Below, in pieces: positions 63,693 through 64,000 of a stretch of DNA of 64,000 nt. The stretch comes from Sphyrna mokarran. Taxonomy: Eukaryota. The stretch covers positions 47,244,001 to 47,308,000 of the forward strand of contig JAGIQG010000012.1 of NCBI GenBank assembly GCA_024679065.1, written 5' to 3'. The notes beneath the pieces were generated by a model. The model saw only the letters and a program-made list of their open reading frames with translations, searched no databases and was not told the origin of the DNA. Positions within the stretch are counted from its first letter, which is position 1. The number at the start of each line of letters is the position of its first letter. The position numbers and the translations under genes are program-made.

Positions 63693-64000
63693 TTCATGTT
63701 TCGAGTTGTGTACTCACTCATTTTGCGTTTGATTTTGAAGGACAATCAGCTGTGCTTTCAACTATTTATTTTCTTGTTGACCTCTTGCAATTTCACGTTG
63801 TGATTTTAGTGCGTAGCTTTGTTGCTACAGATAATACTACTGGAGTATTTTCTGAAGTAGTATTCAACATCCTTTTTAATCTTCTCATAATTTTCTGGGG
63901 TTACTTTTTGATTTCTTGAAAAGTCATTTAGAGCAGCAACTTATTTAAGTACCTTTACTATTTGCTATTGTGCTTGTCTATACTTGTTGATTCTACCAAC

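Overview
Eukaryotic, AT-rich, repeat-dense non-coding DNA (intergenic or deep intronic), most likely from a shark/elasmobranch, judged from HE1-type V-SINEs, Deu-domain SINEs, CR1 LINEs and the Harbinger/Penelope repeat types. I found no intact host protein-coding gene. The ORF track is almost entirely decayed transposon fragments or chance ORFs. Recognisable content: many CR1 fragments (including ~2.2 kb of APE+RT), a Rex1/Babar RT, a near-complete but degenerate Gypsy gag-pol (~17.35-21.24 kb, minus) plus a second Gypsy relic, several PIF/Harbinger relics (HARBI1-like transposase and intron-containing Myb/SANT partner gene) with MITEs, SINEs and minisatellites. The most notable signal is a set of four Penelope-derived insertions. 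Three are palindromic and flanked by 8-12 bp target-site duplications. They carry minimal type-I hammerhead ribozyme motifs (CUGANGA-stem II-GAAA-GC-UH) whose stem II sequence differs between copies while keeping base-pairing. All assignments come from reading and translating the sequence by eye; no database search or folding computation was run, and repeat boundaries are approximate.
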